Source: Clostridia bacterium
Lineage (GTDB): Bacteria > Bacillota > Clostridia > Peptostreptococcales > Acidaminobacteraceae
DNA: 64,000 nucleotides
NCBI GenBank assembly: GCA_016937975.1
Contig: JAFGVN010000053.1
Location: 34 to 64,033 of the forward strand
Reading direction: 5' to 3'
In this document: positions 59,684 through 64,000 of the stretch, piece after piece
Layout: every line of letters starts with the position of its first letter
How positions within the stretch are numbered: position 1 is the first letter of the stretch
Notes under the pieces: generated by a model
What the model saw: the letters and a program-made list of their open reading frames with translations, nothing else
Database searches by the model: none
What the model was told of the DNA's origin: nothing
Made by a program: the position numbers and the translations under genes

Positions 59684-59713
59684 TAAAAAAGCAGTTAACC
59701 CTTAGGCTAACTG
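59684..59713 (-). terminator. Intrinsic terminator after the PHP gene
   Basis: Hairpin CAGTTAGCC-TAAG-GGTTAACTG plus CTTTTTT. The stop codon sits in the loop. Confidence 0.8.
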
Positions 59714-60319
59714 TTCTTCTGTTTCTTTTAATAAAGCAGGTTTAAACTGCTTTGATTTTATAGCATCAATGAAATCTTTCTCATTCATAATAGGTTGATC
59801 AAATTCAGTAACATAATTGCCCACTTCACCAGATCTGTGGGCATCACTGCTTCCTGTTGCTGGAATATTTCTTAATTTTGCTACATCATAGGCTTTTCGA
59901 TTTGAATACTGATCGGTTCTTCCATTAAATCCTTCAATGGCATCAAGACCCTCAATGGATTCAATTAAAGAACCTAATCCACGATTGTTATGACGATAAG
60001 GATGTGCAGCGATGCATATACCTCCACGTGCATGTACAAAATTAATCGTCTCTTTTGCACTCATTCTTTTTTTAGGCATTTCATTTATACCATAACAAAG
60101 CAAATCTCCATCTAAAGTGAAGATTTCAACACCAACGATAATTAAGAAGTCCAATTCTTTTGAAATTTTTTGTGCCTTCGCTTTTAAACCTAAATCGTCA
60201 TGATCTGTAATGCCGATACCGTCTAGGCCCAAGGCTTTCGCCTCTTTAACAGCCTCTTCAATAGAAAGCACGCTATCCTTTGAATGTAGGTTTTGATGAA
60301 TGTGTAAATCAAATAACAT
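59702..60319 (-). CDS. PHP-domain metal-dependent phosphoesterase
   Basis: 205 aa from ATG 60319 (after GAAGGAG). Motifs FDLHIH, ITDHD, AAHP and SSDAH are typical PHP His/Asp ligands. Confidence 0.85.
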   Translation of the reverse strand: MLFDLHIHQNLHSKDSVLSIEEAVKEAKALGLDGIGITDHDDLGLKAKAQKISKELDFLIIVGVEIFTLDGDLLCYGINEMPKKRMSAKETINFVHARGGICIAAHPYRHNNRGLGSLIESIEGLDAIEGFNGRTDQYSNRKAYDVAKLRNIPATGSSDAHRSGEVGNYVTEFDQPIMNEKDFIDAIKSKQFKPALLKETEEQLA

Positions 60320-60408
60320 AGTAAACTCCTTCAACCCACATGATACAGAGTCAAAGGCAATAAGTAAAATAGTATTTTATTATAGTACGTATCATTACTA
60401 TAGAATTA

Positions 60409-60468
60409 GTTTATTTAAGTTTATTTAAGTTTATTTAAGTTTATTTAAGTTTATTTAAGTTTATTTAT
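60409..60468. repeat. Tandem repeat: 10-bp unit GTTTATTTAA, 5 perfect copies plus 1 imperfect
   Basis: Read directly from the sequence. Copies at 60409, 60419, 60429, 60439 and 60449, with the last copy (60459) ending in T. The array spans the stop codon (60451-60453) of the ApgM-like gene. Confidence 0.97.
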
Positions 60469-61695
60469 CTTTTTAATTTGATATTTTCTCTTATGACTGC
60501 CTTGTCTTAAATGATACATCACCCCTTGGTCCATTCCATTAATAATATAAGACATAAAGGATTGTCCCTTTAAATGAAGGCTCCCCTTTGCACATGCAAT
60601 CTCATCAAAAATCTCTACATCATCTTTTCTTATATATTCGCCTCTGGCCATGAAAGCAACAGATTCTCCTGAATGAATCATTTCACCACTACAAGGCGTT
60701 GAATGATCCGAAGTCACAATGAGTAGTCCCTCAAAGTTCATCAGTGGTTCAAGGGCTTGATCAATGGCTTCTAGGGCTTTTACTTTAAGCAAAGGGTTTT
60801 TTTTATGAGAAGCCGTATCAGGTTCTTTCGTATGTAAATGAACATAATCATAGGAACATGTTAAGGCGTATGCCACAGCATCTTCAAATTTCTCATAATG
60901 ATAATAATCCATATTTAAAATTTGGCTTATGCCTTTTAACAATTTGGAGTTTCCAATTAGAACTGAAGACAGACCATTCATGTCAGCAAAAGATTGTATT
61001 TCTCTTTTCATGCCAGCCCATTTCGTCAAAATCATATTACCTTCCGGTAGTAAATTAGCTCTTCTATGTACATTAATTTCATGAGTGGATAAAAGCTCAT
61101 AAGTTCTTTTCAAATATTTATTGATTACCTCAGCAGTTTTAATCGCCTTTTCATCATCTGTTTCAAAGGCTTCTACTGCCATCACATAAGATTCTTTTGT
61201 AAAAGGATCACTATCTGAGATTCTTGAATCCAAATCACCTTTAACTAAAACGAATCCATGACTGTCATAGGAGTGCATGTATGTAAATTCATAACCATCC
61301 AAGGACATATCCAGAACTTTTTTAAGCGCTGATATTTCCCGTTCTGAAAGATCAGGTGTGAAACGATGTTTTAAATAATAACCCTTTTCATATAATACGG
61401 TACCAATAGAGCATCTTAAATAAAGTATGTTTTCTTCGATTTTCAAATCTTCACCAATGGCATCGATAATCGCTCTACCAGGATAATCCTTTAATGCTCC
61501 ACCAAAAAGTATAAAGTGTGCCAAATCCGTTCCAAGCACATCGCCTTCCTTCAGAATAGTCATCATACCACATTGACTATCCTTTGCAATACGATTTAAA
61601 TGAGGCAATACAGCATATTGAAGGGGGGTTTGATGATTTAAAACCTTATAAGATCGATCTGAAGCGCCATCTAATAATAATGTTATACATTTCAT
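60451..61695 (-). CDS. ApgM-like metalloenzyme (alkaline-phosphatase superfamily, cofactor-independent phosphoglycerate mutase-like)
   Basis: 414 aa. N-terminal LLLDGASDR...QTPLQYA and C-terminal VTSDHSTP resemble the archaeal-type iPGM (ApgM) family. The true substrate is unknown. Confidence 0.7.
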   Translation of the reverse strand: MKCITLLLDGASDRSYKVLNHQTPLQYAVLPHLNRIAKDSQCGMMTILKEGDVLGTDLAHFILFGGALKDYPGRAIIDAIGEDLKIEENILYLRCSIGTVLYEKGYYLKHRFTPDLSEREISALKKVLDMSLDGYEFTYMHSYDSHGFVLVKGDLDSRISDSDPFTKESYVMAVEAFETDDEKAIKTAEVINKYLKRTYELLSTHEINVHRRANLLPEGNMILTKWAGMKREIQSFADMNGLSSVLIGNSKLLKGISQILNMDYYHYEKFEDAVAYALTCSYDYVHLHTKEPDTASHKKNPLLKVKALEAIDQALEPLMNFEGLLIVTSDHSTPCSGEMIHSGESVAFMARGEYIRKDDVEIFDEIACAKGSLHLKGQSFMSYIINGMDQGVMYHLRQGSHKRKYQIKKINKLK

Positions 61696-62465
61696 AGTTG
61701 ATTCAACGCCACCTTTAATTCATCTAGATTCAATTCATTTAACAGATGTTGTCCTACAATTTGTCCTGCAGGTTTTAAATATTCCTCAAAATAGGAAATC
61801 ATCTGATTCATGTCAAATATCGCCTTATTTTTTTTATCTCTGTAGTTTCCACTTAAAACACATTTTGGATGATCTTCACCTTCTTCCCAAGTCCAACCTA
61901 TAAGATCTTGAATGGCTTTCCCTAAAATTTCATGCTGTAAAGGCATAATCAATTCATATCCTAATGAATTTAGCACTTCCTTATAGGTTTCTAAAGACTC
62001 ATTTAATTGGTTTACTTTTAATTTGCCATCATGGGAATCTCTTTCTCCAGAAATAATTCGTTTCGACAAAAATCTGGCAAAAGGTATTTTGGTTAAGTGA
62101 AAATACAAATGACATCCAATACATGGTGAAATAAAACCATAACGTTCTGTGATCAGACTCATTTTTCTTCCTATAAATAAATGCCATAAATCTGGACGAT
62201 TGTATTCATAAAGCGGATAAAGTATTTTCTTCCCTTTGAAATGTTTATTAACATATGCCAAGGTCTTCTCATAGTTATTATAAATTGTATTGAAATCTCC
62301 ATATTCTGTAGATGAAAAAGACGCAACTGGTAAAACATAATTAATATCTTCTCTTTCAAAGGCTTTTAGAATAGCTGCAACACTATCCCTACCTGAAAAT
62401 TCACCAATTACAGTAGATGGATCATATAAAGTATAATCAAAGTCTTTTTTCGCATTTTCTATCAT
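61692..62465 (-). CDS. Hypothetical protein, possible deviant PP-loop ATP-pyrophosphatase with a CxxC...C triad
   Basis: 257 aa. FSGRDSVAA resembles the SGGxDS PP-loop. The only cysteines are C115, C118 and C202. ATGA overlap with the ApgM-like gene. Confidence 0.45.
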   Translation of the reverse strand: MIENAKKDFDYTLYDPSTVIGEFSGRDSVAAILKAFEREDINYVLPVASFSSTEYGDFNTIYNNYEKTLAYVNKHFKGKKILYPLYEYNRPDLWHLFIGRKMSLITERYGFISPCIGCHLYFHLTKIPFARFLSKRIISGERDSHDGKLKVNQLNESLETYKEVLNSLGYELIMPLQHEILGKAIQDLIGWTWEEGEDHPKCVLSGNYRDKKNKAIFDMNQMISYFEEYLKPAGQIVGQHLLNELNLDELKVALNQL

Positions 62466-62483
62466 AAAGCCTCCTTTTTATTT

Positions 62484-62512
62484 ATTATAATAAGTATTTC
62501 AAGTCTTGTCAC
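62484..62512 (-). promoter_or_regulatory. Candidate promoter of the PP-loop-like/ApgM-like/PHP operon
   Basis: Minus strand: GTGACA (62512-62507), 17-nt spacer, TATAAT (62489-62484). RBS AAAGGAGG about 10 nt downstream. Confidence 0.5.
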
Positions 62513-62582
62513 ATTTAATAATCTATTTTACAATTATAAGAAAAGTTTATAACAATGCATATATACCCTCTTTTATAATGCA

Positions 62583-62614
62583 CAAAAAAGATATGTGTAT
62601 TAAGACATATCTTT
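62583..62614 (-). terminator. Intrinsic terminator after the chemoreceptor gene
   Basis: Hairpin AAGATATGT...ACATATCTT plus a 6-nt T-run. The stop codon lies within the structure. Confidence 0.8.
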
Positions 62615-64000
62615 TTTTGAATCTACTTTAAATTGGGACATCAACTGATATAAAATTTGGGATACTTCTTTCATTGCATCTGCTTGACTACTGATATTTT
62701 GAATCATTTCATCTTGAGTCATTAAGCTTGACGCAATTTCCTCAGAGGTTGATACGGTTTCTTCAATTACAGCGGCTATAGATTCTAAAGCTTCCAAAGT
62801 TAAATCCTTTTTATTTTCTATTGCTTGAGTATTTTCTAATAATAGATTAACATCATCATAAGTTACATGAACTCTTTCTGAGATTGCTTCTAATGAAACT
62901 TCCACATCTTTTAGTTGTACATCCGCTTCAGTTAACATTTCCATGGAATGATCCATGCCTAACTTCATTTCATCTACATTTTCTACAATACTAGAAGTAA
63001 TGCTGTAAATGTCATCAGTAGAATTAGAAGTCATTTCAGCTAATTTACGAATCTCATCAGCAACTACTGCGAAACCTCTACCATGTTCCCCTGCTCTAGC
63101 AGCTTCAATGGAAGCATTTAATGCCAACAAATTCGTTTGACCTGCAATATTTCTAATGACACTGACAATCTCACCTATTTTGTTTGAACTATTCAAAAGC
63201 TTTTCAACTGTAGTTTCCAAATCAGCAGTGGATTTTTTACTGGCTCTAAACTGCTCTGCCATGTTTTTTAGCTTCGCATCAGAATTCTCGTACTCATTTT
63301 CAATATCTTTTGTTCGATCCATTATATGATTAGAAAGCACTTGATTTGTATTGATTACTTCAGATAACTGATACATATTGTTCAAACTTTGATTGACATC
63401 ACTCGCTTGATTTTGAATGCCCTCTGCGAAAGCTTCAAAGGCTTGTGACACTTCACTTACAGTAGTCGCACCAATTGTAGAGGATTCAGATAAGACGCTT
63501 GCTCTTTCCTTTACATCAACTGAAGTTTCTGCAATGGCATTTACAGTTTCATTAATCGTCGCTGTAACAGCCATTATTGAACGTGATAATTTACCTGTCT
63601 CATCGGACTTTCTAAGAATTTTTTTATGAACACGTTGATGGTCTCTAAAATCTCCTTCGGCCATATACTCTAACTGAGTTGTAAAATCAATAATTGGTTT
63701 TGTTAAATGCTTTTTAAAGGAGAAAATTATCCAAGTAATAAACGCAATGATAATTAAAAGTGAAATACCGTTAATCAAAAGACTTTGCAGCGTATTTTTA
63801 TTTATCTCACTTAAATCATATCGAATGGCAACCACTGCAATAACAGTTTCATCTTTATCCAAAATCGGATGGTACTTGATCATCTCATCAAATGATCTTA
63901 CTAAAACACCTTCACCATTAAAGGCTTTTGTGATTGCGGCATCCTTAAAATTTTGTTGAACCAACGATGTTCTTTTTTCATCAGAGGTATATAACATAGC
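62600..64000 (-). CDS. Methyl-accepting chemotaxis protein (5' end probably beyond the window)
   Basis: TM2, a HAMP-like segment and the signalling domain [36 protein letters not shown]. Only about 80 aa of periplasmic/Cache-like region precede the TM. The frame stays open to position 64000. Confidence 0.9.
   Translation of the reverse strand, partial: AMLYTSDEKRTSLVQQNFKDAAITKAFNGEGVLVRSFDEMIKYHPILDKDETVIAVVAIRYDLSEINKNTLQSLLINGISLLIIIAFITWIIFSFKKHLTKPIIDFTTQLEYMAEGDFRDHQRVHKKILRKSDETGKLSRSIMAVTATINETVNAIAETSVDVKERASVLSESSTIGATTVSEVSQAFEAFAEGIQNQASDVNQSLNNMYQLSEVINTNQVLSNHIMDRTKDIENEYENSDAKLKNMAEQFRASKKSTADLETTVEKLLNSSNKIGEIVSVIRNIAGQTNLLALNASIEAARAGEHGRGFAVVADEIRKLAEMTSNSTDDIYSITSSIVENVDEMKLGMDHSMEMLTEADVQLKDVEVSLEAISERVHVTYDDVNLLLENTQAIENKKDLTLEALESIAAVIEETVSTSEEIASSLMTQDEMIQNISSQADAMKEVSQILYQLMSQFKVDSKKDMS

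Noticed and set aside
59336-59701. Possible cobalamin riboswitch upstream of the B12-dependent reductase
   Set aside because: I could not find a B12-box-like element or the expected GC-rich multi-stem core. The leader from the predicted start to the RBS is only about 100 nt and is occupied by NrdR-box-like repeats.
60409-60468. CRISPR array
   Set aside because: The repeats are only 10 bp long, directly abutting with no spacers, and no cas genes are nearby. This is a microsatellite-type tandem repeat.
35000-64000. Mobile element, prophage or defence island in the accessory part of the window
   Set aside because: I found no integrase, transposase, recombinase, terminal inverted repeats, flanking tRNA, restriction-modification, toxin-antitoxin or nuclease/helicase-type defence genes. 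The accessory genes are surface, pilus, signalling and metabolic functions.

Overview
Chromosomal window from a low-G+C, monoderm Firmicutes (Clostridia-like) genome. I call about 57 protein genes, all but one on the minus strand. I found no rRNA, tRNA, CRISPR array, transposase or integrase. All assignments rest on motifs read by eye and remembered family knowledge; no database search was run.

Coordinates 1-35 kb hold the conserved information-processing core. In transcription order (high to low coordinate) it runs: EF-G paralog, clpC-like, radA, disA, carD, yacL-like, ispD, ispF, [Pro T-box] proS, Cys-rich ORF, gltX, [Cys T-box] cysE, cysS, mrnC, small membrane ORF, thyX, rlmB, yacP, sigH, rpmG, secE, nusG, rplK, rplA, [L10 leader] rplJ, rplL, rpoB, rpoC, L7Ae-like, rpsL, rpsG, fusA, tuf.

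Coordinates 35-64 kb are accessory. They hold:
- Nif3-like and DHH proteins.
- A 2178-aa SLH-anchored subtilase carrying a roughly 420-aa helical insertion.
- A second SLH protein with three Fn3-like repeats.
- The only plus-strand gene, a 2-hydroxyacid dehydrogenase.
- A complete secretin-less Tad/Flp pilus locus (tadV, DUF192, tadC, tadB, tadA, REC-tadZ, cpaB-LysM, tadG, tadE, flp) headed by a DegS/DegU-like two-component system.
- A class II ribonucleotide reductase with an ATP-cone and tandem NrdR boxes.
- An uncharacterised three-gene operon (3-Cys PP-loop-like protein, ApgM-like metalloenzyme, PHP phosphoesterase) interrupted by a 6-copy 10-bp tandem repeat.
- A partial methyl-accepting chemotaxis gene.

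Several ORF-track starts are over-extended and were corrected from RBS context. rpmG (49 aa, GTG start) is missing from the track. The best candidates for something new are the regulated monoderm Tad locus, the helical insertion in the giant protease, and the PP-loop-like/ApgM-like/PHP operon with its tandem repeat.
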